Below the pieces are notes generated by a model. The model was not told the origin of the DNA. It was given only the letters and a program-made list of their open reading frames with translations, and did no database searches. From Candidatus Aenigmatarchaeota archaeon (GTDB taxonomy: Archaea > Aenigmatarchaeota > Aenigmatarchaeia > PWEA01), in NCBI GenBank assembly GCA_046539325.1, contig JBKHHD010000001.1, forward strand, positions 55,437 to 119,436: 64,000 nt of DNA, written 5' to 3'. The position numbers and the translations under genes are program-made. How positions within the stretch are numbered: the stretch's first letter is position 1; each line of letters opens with the position of its first letter. Below, in pieces: positions 37,857-47,446 of this stretch.

Positions 37857-38765
37857 ATGTCAGAAAATGAACAACCTGAGGCTTCAAAGGAGGTATACGA
37901 AAAACTCCCCTGGGACAAAATAATGAGTGAAAGAAATGAAAATGAAGAAGGTCTGGAATCATTAGCACAAGGCTCATATAAATGGGATCAGGAAGTAGAC
38001 AAACTTGCTTCAGAAAAGAAACCGGACAATGGTGATTATGAGGCACAGAATGGAACATCTTCTTCAACTGATTCAACTGAACAAAAGACTGTCGAAGTAA
38101 TATATTCATTGCAGCCTGAGATAAAGGACACAGCAGATAAACTTGGTTTAAAATACAACAACGAGATGGACCTATTCTTGAGATGGGGCGAAAAAAGCTA
38201 CGATGGGCAACTTTTAAGAAATGTTGCAAAAAAGGTCTACGGAAAAGAAAGGGGGGCATACAACTCATGGGACGAGATGGATAAAGCCGAAAAACATTCA
38301 GAGGTTATATCCCTGGGATTTAAGATGACAGATCCCGAATTTGAAGAAATTGCGGAATGTAGCAGTCTTACCGAAGCCTCAGAATTAATAGCCGAAGAAA
38401 TCGAAAACAAGTACGAGGACAGTTACACGTCACAAACCATACAGAAAATACTCAGAGAAGAAGCGCCAGAAATACACAGAGATCTAATGGATCCTTCCTT
38501 CAAGAGGAAAATAAAAAATAAGGTAGACAAAGAGTTTTTGAAGGCCGTGGACCCGGCCACAAAATCACTGGAACCTCTTGTTAGAGAGAGTGAAGAACAA
38601 TTTGCAGGAAGGTCCTATAACATGAATACAACCGAGGCCAGAAGCCGAAAGAAAGAAAGAAAGGAGATAGAAGAAGAAAACAAAGTACCAATTAACAAAG
38701 AAGTAGCTGCAACTGCTGCTAAAACAGAAGATGGATCAGAATACCTGGAAAGTATTAGTTCTTGA
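37857..38765 (+). CDS. Hypothetical acidic protein
   Basis: 302-aa ORF divergent from hppA with TATA-like sequence upstream; no motif recognised. Confidence 0.7.
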   Translation: MSENEQPEASKEVYEKLPWDKIMSERNENEEGLESLAQGSYKWDQEVDKLASEKKPDNGDYEAQNGTSSSTDSTEQKTVEVIYSLQPEIKDTADKLGLKYNNEMDLFLRWGEKSYDGQLLRNVAKKVYGKERGAYNSWDEMDKAEKHSEVISLGFKMTDPEFEEIAECSSLTEASELIAEEIENKYEDSYTSQTIQKILREEAPEIHRDLMDPSFKRKIKNKVDKEFLKAVDPATKSLEPLVRESEEQFAGRSYNMNTTEARSRKKERKEIEEENKVPINKEVAATAAKTEDGSEYLESISS

Positions 38766-38816
38766 TACCAAGGTTGGCTATTAAAAACCACGACTTCAAT
38801 ACATGTTCTGAGTAAG

Positions 38817-39794
38817 ATGATCTGTTTTGGGATTGAAAGTACTGCTCACACCTTCGGAGTAGGGGTAATGGAAGACGAAGAAGTGCTTGCAAACGTCACT
38901 GATATGTACAAGCCTTCCGGAGGTGGGATACATCCAAGAGAAGCTGCGGAGCACCACACAGAAGTATGCGACGAAGTTTTAGAGGAAGCATTGACGGAAG
39001 CTGGAATAGAAAGAGAGGATATAGATCTCGTAGCTTTCTCCCGGGGCCCTGGACTTCCGCCTTGTCTGAGGACGGGAGCTGTATTTGCGCGGTCGTTGGC
39101 GCTTTCCTTGGACGTTCCTATAGTAGGTGTAAACCACTGTATAGCGCACATAGAAATAGGCAAGTTGAAGACAGAGGCAGAGGATCCTGTAACACTTTAC
39201 GTCTCCGGAGGAAACACACAGGTTATAGCGCTCTCAGCAGGGAAGTACCGTGTCTTTGGTGAAGTTCTTGATACACCAGTAGGAAACGCTCTGGACAAGT
39301 TCGCGAGAAAGGCGGGTTTGGAGCATCCTGGTGGTCCAAAGGTGGAGAAGCATGCCAAAAAGGGTTCAAACTACATAGAGCTTCCATACACCGTCAAGGG
39401 AATGGACATGTCCTTTTCAGGACTCATGACCGAGGCCATGAGAAGACTGGAAGAAGAGGAAATGGAGGACGTATGCTACTCCTTACAGGAGACTATGTTT
39501 GCGATGCTGACGGAAGCTGTTGAGAGAGCTATGGCACATGCTGGTAAGGACGAGGTACTGCTTACTGGTGGCGTAGCAGCGAACAAAAGGTTACAGGAGA
39601 TGTTGGATACTATGTGTGAAGAAAGGGAGGCAGATTTCTACACGGTTCCACATGACCTCGCGGGGGACAACGGCGCTATGATGGCATGGCTCGGAATTTT
39701 GAAGTACAGGAGCTCCGGTGATGATGAGCTTGGAGAAACAAACTTCATACAGAACTGGAGAACTGATGACGTAGAAGTGACATGGGACAAGTAA
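38817..39794 (+). CDS. kae1: KEOPS t6A synthase Kae1 (not fused to Bud32)
   Basis: GIESTAHT, GGIHPREA, VNHCIAHIE, YVSGGNTQ, GGVAAN, DNGAM. Confidence 0.96.
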   Translation: MICFGIESTAHTFGVGVMEDEEVLANVTDMYKPSGGGIHPREAAEHHTEVCDEVLEEALTEAGIEREDIDLVAFSRGPGLPPCLRTGAVFARSLALSLDVPIVGVNHCIAHIEIGKLKTEAEDPVTLYVSGGNTQVIALSAGKYRVFGEVLDTPVGNALDKFARKAGLEHPGGPKVEKHAKKGSNYIELPYTVKGMDMSFSGLMTEAMRRLEEEEMEDVCYSLQETMFAMLTEAVERAMAHAGKDEVLLTGGVAANKRLQEMLDTMCEEREADFYTVPHDLAGDNGAMMAWLGILKYRSSGDDELGETNFIQNWRTDDVEVTWDK

Positions 39795-39828
39795 GCTTTA
39801 TTAAGCGCAAACCATAATCCTTTTCCTG

Positions 39829-40446
39829 ATGGCTATGTCTTTAGTAAGCTATCTGAAAAATCCTAGCCAAGCCGTAGAGGAACTCAAGCAAAAGACAGAA
39901 CTCAAAACGATGCAGAACTCTCTAGTAATGGTATTTGTATCAGCAGTTCTGTTTGCAGTAAACAGCTATGTAGGCCTGAATCTCCTAGAAAACATGGGCC
40001 TGGAGATAACAGGACCAGAGCTTCTCGTTTCAGTGCTTGAAATGGGAACAGTGAACCTGGCCACAGGAAGCTTCTTCCTGATCTTCCTCGGAGGTCTTTT
40101 CTTCGGCTACCTTATGAAAGTCGTGTTGAATGTCCTCGGAGGAGAAGGTGACTACTGGGATGGTTTGACTACAATAGCGTATCCAGTTTTCTCAGTTAGC
40201 CTGGGCATACTTCTAGCAATGATATTCAGTTACGTGCCTACGGTAGGACCTGCACTGGCATTCATCTTTGTAGCAGTATTCTTCGCAATAGGATACTCGT
40301 CTATGTTTAGGCTAGCAAAGGAAATGTTCGATGTAGGAATGATAGAGGCCTTCATAGGCGTTACAGTTGTACTGGCTGTAGGTCTTGTTGCCATATACGG
40401 CGGTCTTCTGACGACGCCTGAAGGAGTAATGGCTGTAATACCATAG
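39829..40446 (+). CDS. Yip1-like membrane protein
   Basis: About five hydrophobic helices; N-terminal LKNP; LGGEG loop. Confidence 0.7.
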   Translation: MAMSLVSYLKNPSQAVEELKQKTELKTMQNSLVMVFVSAVLFAVNSYVGLNLLENMGLEITGPELLVSVLEMGTVNLATGSFFLIFLGGLFFGYLMKVVLNVLGGEGDYWDGLTTIAYPVFSVSLGILLAMIFSYVPTVGPALAFIFVAVFFAIGYSSMFRLAKEMFDVGMIEAFIGVTVVLAVGLVAIYGGLLTTPEGVMAVIP

Positions 40447-40560
40447 GCTAGCTAGGTACACGTAAGAGAGAAGGTCTCTGTTATTTGTGGGTTTAGTTCC
40501 GAGGTTTTCGAAAGATTTAAAAGTTTAGAACCTGAAAGAATGATATCTCTGGTGAACAGT

Positions 40561-41025
40561 ATGGGAATGTACAAGGAAATAAAGGATAAATGGAAGGAGC
40601 CTGACGAAGAAGTCAAGAAGAGGCTGAAGAAATGGAGAGATGAAGATGCAGTAAAGAGAATAGAAAGACCCACGAGGCTTGATAAGGCGAGGGAACTTGG
40701 CTACAAATCAAAACAAGGTGTAACTGTAGCAAGAAGCCGTGTAAAGAAAGGGACAAGGAAAAGGCAGGAGGTATCAGGTGGAAGGAGAACTGCCAACTCC
40801 GGTTCAAAGGAACCTCGTAAAAAATCAAAGCAACAGGTAGCTGAGGAGAGGACTACAAAGAAGTTTCCAAACCTTCGCGTGCTTGACTCTTACTGGGTAG
40901 GCGAGGACGGCAAACACAAGTGGTTTGAGGTAATTCTCGTAGATCCCGAGCATCCAGCAATGAAGAAAGACAAAGACCTGAAGTGGATCACTAAGGAGAA
41001 AGAGAAGGACAGAAGCCTTAGATAG
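40561..41025 (+). CDS. rpl15e: Ribosomal protein L15e (short C-terminus)
   Basis: RIERPTRLDKARELGYKSKQG, SYWVGEDGKHKWFEVILVDP. Confidence 0.95.
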   Translation: MGMYKEIKDKWKEPDEEVKKRLKKWRDEDAVKRIERPTRLDKARELGYKSKQGVTVARSRVKKGTRKRQEVSGGRRTANSGSKEPRKKSKQQVAEERTTKKFPNLRVLDSYWVGEDGKHKWFEVILVDPEHPAMKKDKDLKWITKEKEKDRSLR

Positions 41026-41027
41026 TT

Positions 41028-41300
41028 CTAATATTTTATCTCAAATCCTTCAATACCTTTTGATTGTTCTTCTTTCTGTTCAACTTCGTCAACCCTTGCA
41101 GGGTCTGGGCCGCTATAGCACCAGTCGACGATCTTCCTAACATTTTTCTCACTTCCTTCAAAAACAGCCTCGACCTTTCCGTCCGGAAGGTTTTTAACCC
41201 AGCCGTTCACACCAAGATCCCTTGCCTTTCTCCTTGTACTGGCTCTGAATGTCACTCCCTGAACCTTTCCTGATATGAAAAGGTGTTTTCTTGTTGCCAT
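41028..41300 (-). CDS. acyP: Acylphosphatase
   Basis: SGKVQGVTFR, GWVKNLPDGKVEAVFEG; start at ATG 41300. Confidence 0.93.
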   Translation of the reverse strand: MATRKHLFISGKVQGVTFRASTRRKARDLGVNGWVKNLPDGKVEAVFEGSEKNVRKIVDWCYSGPDPARVDEVEQKEEQSKGIEGFEIKY

Positions 41301-41378
41301 ATATTTGTTTTTCAGAAAGCAGCTTAAATCCTTTACGCCAGGTTTATAAGATTGAAAGTCGAAGTTAAAGGGGGTAAG

Positions 41379-42083
41379 ATGGACTTTTACGATCTCTATA
41401 TACCTACAGAGAACGCACAGAAAGTCCTGGAAAGCGCTGAGGATATGAAGTTTGAGGGACTTGGAATAGCTCACAGATACAAGGATAGGGAAGGTCTGAG
41501 CAAGTATCTAAACGCTATGGACAAGCTAAGCAAGGAGAGCGATATCAAGCTTGTAAGGTCCTGTGTGATTGATGAAAAAAGCCCTGGAAGGATGAAGAAG
41601 GCTATCGGAAAGGTTAGACAGAAAGTGGATGTAGTAGCTGTTGACGGTGGAAACTTTGATATTAACAACGCAGCCGTGAGGGACAGGAGAGTTGATATAT
41701 TACTTCACCCGGAGCATAAGAGGAAGGACGCTGGCATGGACCACAAAACTGTAAAGATAGCAGCCAAAAATGAGGTTGCGCTGGGGTTCGTGCTTCACGA
41801 CCTGCACCAAACCTACGGAAAGGTCAGATCACACGTACTGAGACATATGAAGAAAAACTTCGAGCTGTGTGAAAGATACAGCACAAAGTTCTTGGTTACT
41901 TCGGGTGCTCACGACGTCTACGAACTAAGGGCTCCAAGAGACCTCGCTTCACTCCCGAAGGTTCTTGGAGTAAGCACATCAAAGGCAATAGATTCCGTAA
42001 GCTCAGTACCTAAAAGAATCGTAAAGGAGAATAGAAAGAAACTTGCTGGGGATATCAAAAAGGAAGGTGTAGAAGAGGTTTAA
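41379..42083 (+). CDS. rnp3: RNase P protein Rpp30
   Basis: VDILLHPE, LAAK-like IAAKNEVA, SGA...ELRAPRD; L15e-Rpp30-Pop5 context. Confidence 0.88.
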   Translation: MDFYDLYIPTENAQKVLESAEDMKFEGLGIAHRYKDREGLSKYLNAMDKLSKESDIKLVRSCVIDEKSPGRMKKAIGKVRQKVDVVAVDGGNFDINNAAVRDRRVDILLHPEHKRKDAGMDHKTVKIAAKNEVALGFVLHDLHQTYGKVRSHVLRHMKKNFELCERYSTKFLVTSGAHDVYELRAPRDLASLPKVLGVSTSKAIDSVSSVPKRIVKENRKKLAGDIKKEGVEEV

Positions 42084-42313
42084 TCCGAATCAAAATCCCT
42101 TCTCTCATCCAAATCTATCTTTATCTTCATACTTCTCTCGTCACCAAGCTCTTCAAAGAAAACGCTGACAGGCTGCTTAGGATTTATCTTTGCTTTTCCC
42201 TTCGAATAGCCAGGTATCTCTATGGACACCTTTCCGTTTCTAATCTGGGAAGCAAGCTCCTCCAAAAACCTGCTAAGCTCTATCCGTGAGAACTTGGACT
42301 CGACTTCATCCAT
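42080..42313 (-). CDS. Amphi-Trp-domain-like small protein
   Basis: SRIELSRFLEELASQIRNGKV pattern; terminal Trp absent. Confidence 0.55.
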   Translation of the reverse strand: MDEVESKFSRIELSRFLEELASQIRNGKVSIEIPGYSKGKAKINPKQPVSVFFEELGDERSMKIKIDLDERRDFDSD

Positions 42314-42356
42314 AAAAATCTTAACTAATATATAAAATCAGGTGCAAATAAAGTTT

Positions 42357-42734
42357 ATGGCGAAGCCGGAGACCCTTCCTTCCTCTTTGAGAGAGAAGAA
42401 AAGGTACATAGCCTTTGATATAGTTTCTGAGGACAAGGTAGAGTTCAGCGACCTGATAAATGCTCTCTGGAGCTCTATACTTGATCTGTTCGGCGAGGTA
42501 AATACAGGCGAAATAAATTTTTGGTTAATCAAGGATGCCTGGCAGGAACAAAGCCAAAGAGGATTAATAAAATGTGCTCACAACCACGTAAAGGATGTAA
42601 GGTTAGCATTGGTACTTATAGACCGGATAGGCGAATCAAAGGTTTCGATACGCTCTCTCGGTGTATCGGGCACGATGAAATCCGCAAGGAAAAAGTATTT
42701 CGGAGAAAGGGATCTGAGCAACTTTGAAGATTAA
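42357..42734 (+). CDS. rnp2: RNase P protein Pop5
   Basis: LPSSLREKKRYIAF, GLIKC, GVSGT. Confidence 0.93.
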   Translation: MAKPETLPSSLREKKRYIAFDIVSEDKVEFSDLINALWSSILDLFGEVNTGEINFWLIKDAWQEQSQRGLIKCAHNHVKDVRLALVLIDRIGESKVSIRSLGVSGTMKSARKKYFGERDLSNFED

Positions 42735-42806
42735 TGAAAAGACTTAAAAGCGTAAGCGGGTAATTAAACTTAAGATTTCTGGGGTCATAAGCCACAGGGG
42801 TTTCAT

Positions 42807-43310
42807 ATGAACATATTCCTAACTGGAAAGCCGGGTTCAGGGAAGACTACGCTTCTGAAGGAGATAGTCGAAGATCTGGACGAGGAGTTCTGCGGCTTTA
42901 CTACACCTGAGATAAGAGAAGACGGTGAAAGGACAGGATTCCACATTGAAGACATAAAAACTGGCGATAAGGGTGTTCTAGCTTCCGTGGATATAGAAAA
43001 CGGACCCTCTGTAAGCAAGTACAAGGTAAATCTTGAAGCCCTGAAGATGTTCTCAGAAAAGGTTCTAGAGGATATGGGAGGAGGGGATTCTATAGCTATA
43101 GATGAGATAGGGGTTATGGAGCTTTACTCCGACAACTTTGAAGAAATGCTGGACAAGGCCATAGACTCTGAAAAACTACTGATCGCGACCCTTCATAGAA
43201 ACCTCGTCGAAAGGTTCCAGGACAAAGGAAAGGTTATATGGGTCACGAGGAAGAGTAAAGACAAAATAAAGGATAAGGTTCTTGATATAATAGACAACTC
43301 TATAAGTTAA
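42807..43310 (+). CDS. THEP1-family nucleoside-triphosphatase
   Basis: TGKPGSGKTT, GFTTPEIRE.GERTGF, IDEIGVMEL. Confidence 0.92.
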   Translation: MNIFLTGKPGSGKTTLLKEIVEDLDEEFCGFTTPEIREDGERTGFHIEDIKTGDKGVLASVDIENGPSVSKYKVNLEALKMFSEKVLEDMGGGDSIAIDEIGVMELYSDNFEEMLDKAIDSEKLLIATLHRNLVERFQDKGKVIWVTRKSKDKIKDKVLDIIDNSIS

Positions 43311-43343
43311 AGATTTAAAGAGAAAGGAAGTTTGGTTTGTACA

Positions 43344-44402
43344 ATGAGCGACAAAACATCAAGTAGGAAGGACGACCACATAAGGATAACGAAGGAAGAG
43401 GACGTTGAGTCCTGTAATCCTGGATTTAAAGACGTGGTTCTTCAGCATGAAGCACTTCCTGAAATAGATAAAGAGGAAATAGACACTTGCTGTGAAATCT
43501 TTGGGAACAAGCTTCAGGCTCCGATTCTCATAGACTCGATAACAGGGGGAAGTAAAAGAGGTAAAAGGATAAACAGTGTCCTTGCCTCTGCTGCAGAAAA
43601 ATGTGGAATAGGAATAGGCGTTGGAAGCCAGAGAGCAGCTCTGGAAGACGAAAGTCTTATCGAAACCTACTCTGTGGTGAGAGAAAAAGCGCCGTCTGCA
43701 TTTGTATACGGTAATATAGGCGTTGCTCAGTTGAAGGAGTACGAAACGGAAGAAGTGGAAAGGGCTGTAGATATGATAGATGCAGACGCTATGGCTGTAC
43801 ATCTTAACTTCACTCAGGAGTCGATACAACCCGAGGGAGACACCAATGCGAAGAGCTGCCTCCAAGCAATAGAGAAGACCGTGGAAGAGCTCAGTGTGCC
43901 TGTGATTGCTAAAGAAACAGGCTGTGGAATTTCTCAGAAAACAGCCGAAAAGCTTAAGGAAGCAGGAGTTGATGCTATAAACGTTGGCGGGAGAGGAGGG
44001 ACTTCCTGGCCCTATATCGAATCCTACAGAGCAAGAGCGGTGAACGAAGAAAGGAAGGGCAGAATGGGTGAACTCTTCAGAGACTGGGGAATTCCAACCG
44101 CTGCTTCAGTCGTAATGGCACGAAAGGCGCATAATTTCGTCATATCAAGTGGTGGTGTGAGAAACGGAGTTGATGTCGCAAAGTCCATAGCTTTAGGTGC
44201 TAGATGCTCTGCGGCCGCAGCACCGTTTTTGAAGGCTGCTCTTGAAGGTGAAGAAAAGGTTGTTGAAACAATAGAGGATATGGAAGAAGGTCTCAAGACC
44301 GCTATGTTTGTCACAGGCTCCGAGAACCTTGAGGGACTATCCGAAGCTAAGGTAAGGATAAGGGGTAAAACACGGAGCTATGTGAAAGGGTGCGGGTGTT
44401 AG
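43344..44402 (+). CDS. fni: Type 2 isopentenyl-diphosphate isomerase
   Basis: RKDDH, ITGG, GSQR, HLN..QE..QPEGD, KETG.G, GGT, SGGVR. Confidence 0.95.
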   Translation: MSDKTSSRKDDHIRITKEEDVESCNPGFKDVVLQHEALPEIDKEEIDTCCEIFGNKLQAPILIDSITGGSKRGKRINSVLASAAEKCGIGIGVGSQRAALEDESLIETYSVVREKAPSAFVYGNIGVAQLKEYETEEVERAVDMIDADAMAVHLNFTQESIQPEGDTNAKSCLQAIEKTVEELSVPVIAKETGCGISQKTAEKLKEAGVDAINVGGRGGTSWPYIESYRARAVNEERKGRMGELFRDWGIPTAASVVMARKAHNFVISSGGVRNGVDVAKSIALGARCSAAAAPFLKAALEGEEKVVETIEDMEEGLKTAMFVTGSENLEGLSEAKVRIRGKTRSYVKGCGC

Positions 44403-44475
44403 ACACAAAACGTTTAAAGGGTTACATGAATGACGAATATTTATAAGCAACAAGGGATATTCTCAATGTGATACT

Positions 44476-45588
44476 ATGAAAATTAAGGGAACAGAAATCG
44501 ATGACGAAAGGATGGAGAAGGCTGTAAAGGAGCTTAAAAAATGGCGTGAAAAGGTAAATAAAGAGCTTGAAGAGGAATTTGAACTCCATAAGAAGAGAGC
44601 TAAAAATATACATCCTGAAGGAGTCAAGGTAATAGACTACCTTGAAGACTACACTATGAGAGGCGGAAAGAGGGTCAGGCCCGCGTTAATAATAGCAGGA
44701 TACAAGGCTGTCGGTGGCAAAGAGCCGGGAAAAATAGTTCCTGCCTCTCTTTCGATCGAGGCGCTTCAGTCTTATCTCCTTATCCACGACGATATAATGG
44801 ACGAGGACGAGGTAAGAAGGGGCGATACAACTCTGCATAAGATGTACGAACAGTACCATGATAAAAAGTTCCCTGACGGAAGAGCGGAAAAGTTCGGAGA
44901 AAACATGGGAATAATCGTCGGTGATATAGCAAACTCCTTTGCTGTCGCACAGCTAATAAAGAGCGACTTCGACTGTGATACAAAGATGAAAGCACTGGAA
45001 AAGTTTGAGCAGATTCACAGGCATACTGGATACGGCCAGGTTCTCGATGTAACTTTCAACGAGAAGAGCTTGGAGGAGATCGACGAAGAGGACGTACTCA
45101 CAGTCCACTATCTAAAGACTTCACAGTACACGATGGCAGGTCCGCTTGAACTTGGTGTGATCTTCGCCAGAGGAAACGAGGACCAGAGGAAAATTTTGAA
45201 GAAATACGGCGAGAAGGCAGGCAAAGCCTTCCAGATATACGATGATATGCTCGGTCTTTATGGCGACGAAGAAAAGCTTGGGAAACCAATAGCATCGGAC
45301 CTAGAAGAGGGAAAGAAAACGCTTCTGATGGTAAAGGCCTACGAAAACGGAGATGAAGAGCAGAGAAAGAAGTTGAAAGAGGCTTTAGGGAAGAAAGATA
45401 TAACTGAAGAAGAGGTAAAGGAAGTGCGAGATATAGTTAAGGAGACGGGGTCCTACGATTACTCCAGGGAAATGACTGTAAAGCTCGCCGAGGAAGCTAA
45501 GCAAGTTCTGGACGAAAGCAAGCTTGATCCAAAGATAGTGAAGTTCCTCGGAGGACTTGCAGATTATATAGTCACAAGAGAGGTCTAG
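44476..45588 (+). CDS. Polyprenyl (probably geranylgeranyl) diphosphate synthase
   Basis: GGKRVRP, LIHDDIMDEDEVRRG, GQ..D, KT, FQIYDD, DLEEGK. Confidence 0.92.
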   Translation: MKIKGTEIDDERMEKAVKELKKWREKVNKELEEEFELHKKRAKNIHPEGVKVIDYLEDYTMRGGKRVRPALIIAGYKAVGGKEPGKIVPASLSIEALQSYLLIHDDIMDEDEVRRGDTTLHKMYEQYHDKKFPDGRAEKFGENMGIIVGDIANSFAVAQLIKSDFDCDTKMKALEKFEQIHRHTGYGQVLDVTFNEKSLEEIDEEDVLTVHYLKTSQYTMAGPLELGVIFARGNEDQRKILKKYGEKAGKAFQIYDDMLGLYGDEEKLGKPIASDLEEGKKTLLMVKAYENGDEEQRKKLKEALGKKDITEEEVKEVRDIVKETGSYDYSREMTVKLAEEAKQVLDESKLDPKIVKFLGGLADYIVTREV

Positions 45589-45639
45589 TTCTCAAGAACT
45601 TATTAATAATCAGAAGAATTTACTTGGTTAGAGGATAGT

Positions 45640-46788
45640 ATGGATAATAGCGAGTTCGACGTTACGCCCTGGGATGTAGAAGGAAACGTGGATTACAGGA
45701 AGCTTATAGAAAAGTTCGGAACGGAAAGGCTTACAGAAGAGCTGAAGCGGAGGATTTACGATAATGCTGAAAGCAGAAACCTGTACATAGATAGAGACTT
45801 CGTTTTTTCTCACCGCGACCTTGACAAAGTACTTGACGACCACGAGGACGGCGAAGAGTTTTTCCTTTACACTGGCGTCGGTCCCTCTGGTCCGATGCAT
45901 ATAGGACATATAATTTCCTTTAAGATGACAAAGTGGCTACAGGAAAACTTCGACGTAAACGTATATATACAGTTTCCTGACGACGAGAAGTTCTGGTCGA
46001 GAGACAGAAACTACGAGGAAGTGGAAAAATTCGCAAGAGATAACCTTAAAGATGTAGCTGCTGTGGGCTTCAATCCAGATAAAACATTCGTGTTTAAAAA
46101 CACGGAATATATAGGAAATATGTACAAGGCAGCCACGAAGCTTGCCAAAAAGATAAACAACTCCGTCGTATCTGCAGTTTTCGGCTTCGGAAGTTCTACA
46201 AACATAGGGCTCAACTTCTATCCTGCTCTACAGATGGTACCGACGTTCTTTGAGGACAAAAGGTGTCTCATACCCGCCGGAATCGACCAGGACCCGTACT
46301 GGAGGGTACAGAGAGATATAGCTCCGAAGCTAAACAAACTCAAAGCAGCACAGATACACAACAAGCTTGTACCGGCTCTCACAGGACCAGAAGGTAAGAT
46401 GTCGTCCTCAAAGCCAAAGGATGCAATAATGCTGGATGACGATCCCGAAGAAGTAAGGGAGAAGGTAATGGAGAGAGCCTACTCTGGTGGACAGGTCACA
46501 AAGGAAAAACACAGGGAGAAGGGAGCAGACCTCTCCGTGGATGTTTCTTACCAGTGGCTAAAGAACCTCTTCCTCGAAGATGGAGAGAGATTGGATGAAA
46601 TAACTGAGAAATACAGCAAAGGTGAGATGCTAACTGGAGAGATAAAGGAGATACTCGTGGAAAAGATAAACGAATTTCTCAGTGAACACCAGAGAAGAAA
46701 GGAAGGGGAAGGTGAAGCTCTGAAGGAAAAGATGATGTACGACGGCGAACTTGCGGAAAAGATGTGGAACAGGAATATAGATCTTTAG
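45640..46788 (+). CDS. trpS: Tryptophan--tRNA ligase
   Basis: VTPW, YTG.GPS..MHIGH, IDQDPYWR, KMSSS. Confidence 0.95.
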   Translation: MDNSEFDVTPWDVEGNVDYRKLIEKFGTERLTEELKRRIYDNAESRNLYIDRDFVFSHRDLDKVLDDHEDGEEFFLYTGVGPSGPMHIGHIISFKMTKWLQENFDVNVYIQFPDDEKFWSRDRNYEEVEKFARDNLKDVAAVGFNPDKTFVFKNTEYIGNMYKAATKLAKKINNSVVSAVFGFGSSTNIGLNFYPALQMVPTFFEDKRCLIPAGIDQDPYWRVQRDIAPKLNKLKAAQIHNKLVPALTGPEGKMSSSKPKDAIMLDDDPEEVREKVMERAYSGGQVTKEKHREKGADLSVDVSYQWLKNLFLEDGERLDEITEKYSKGEMLTGEIKEILVEKINEFLSEHQRRKEGEGEALKEKMMYDGELAEKMWNRNIDL

Positions 46789-46812
46789 TAAAAGGAAAGA
46801 AGGGGCGTTACA

Positions 46813-47421
46813 ATGTTGAAAGCTTTTCTCGGGCAGATCGCTGTATTTATCACAAATATCTTAAAGGAGGGTGTAGAGTTTACCGAAGGTTTTGTAATTA
46901 CCTACGGCCTCAGTGCGCTTATTGCAGCCTCACTGGCCAGGGGTTTCATGCTTTTCTGGGTCGCACCTGACGAGGCCGTGACCATTGCCTACGTTCTCTT
47001 CTACAGTGAAACAGTTTATCAGGTAGCAGGAATAGTGATAATCTCATCCATATGCATACTTATAGCCAACAGTCTGGTGTTTCTACTTTTTCGATGGCTT
47101 GGTGAAAAGTTGATAAGTGAAGAGAGAAAGGCAGGTAAGATATATAGATTCCTCAACTGGGCCTTCGATAGGAACGGAAAGTTTTCTATACTCCTGTTCA
47201 GGATGACACCTTTGATAGGGGGCGATTGGGTAGCGATATTTTCGGGTATAACAGACATGCACTTCAAGGACTATTTTATATATTCATTGGTTGGAATCCT
47301 CTTTTACGAGGCCCTTGTAGGATTCGGAGCCTACTACGGATTGAAAATGGGAATGCTCTACGAGATGGAAATACCTTTCCTCCGGTTCTTCATAGACTGG
47401 CTGGAAACAGCTCTCGCCTAA
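46813..47421 (+). CDS. DedA/VTT-family membrane protein
   Basis: Hydrophobic; P.E motif and FRMTP motif. Confidence 0.7.
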   Translation: MLKAFLGQIAVFITNILKEGVEFTEGFVITYGLSALIAASLARGFMLFWVAPDEAVTIAYVLFYSETVYQVAGIVIISSICILIANSLVFLLFRWLGEKLISEERKAGKIYRFLNWAFDRNGKFSILLFRMTPLIGGDWVAIFSGITDMHFKDYFIYSLVGILFYEALVGFGAYYGLKMGMLYEMEIPFLRFFIDWLETALA

Positions 47422-47446
47422 AACAAAGAACTCGATCTTCCAAATA

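Noticed and set aside
37774-38268. N-terminal extension of hppA in the ORF track (817 aa)
   Set aside because: It is antisense to the 37857-38765 gene with atypical composition; homology and an SD support ATG 37773.
41301-41474. Long N-terminus of acylphosphatase in the ORF track
   Set aside because: It overlaps Rpp30 and the shared promoter; the domain starts at ATG 41300.
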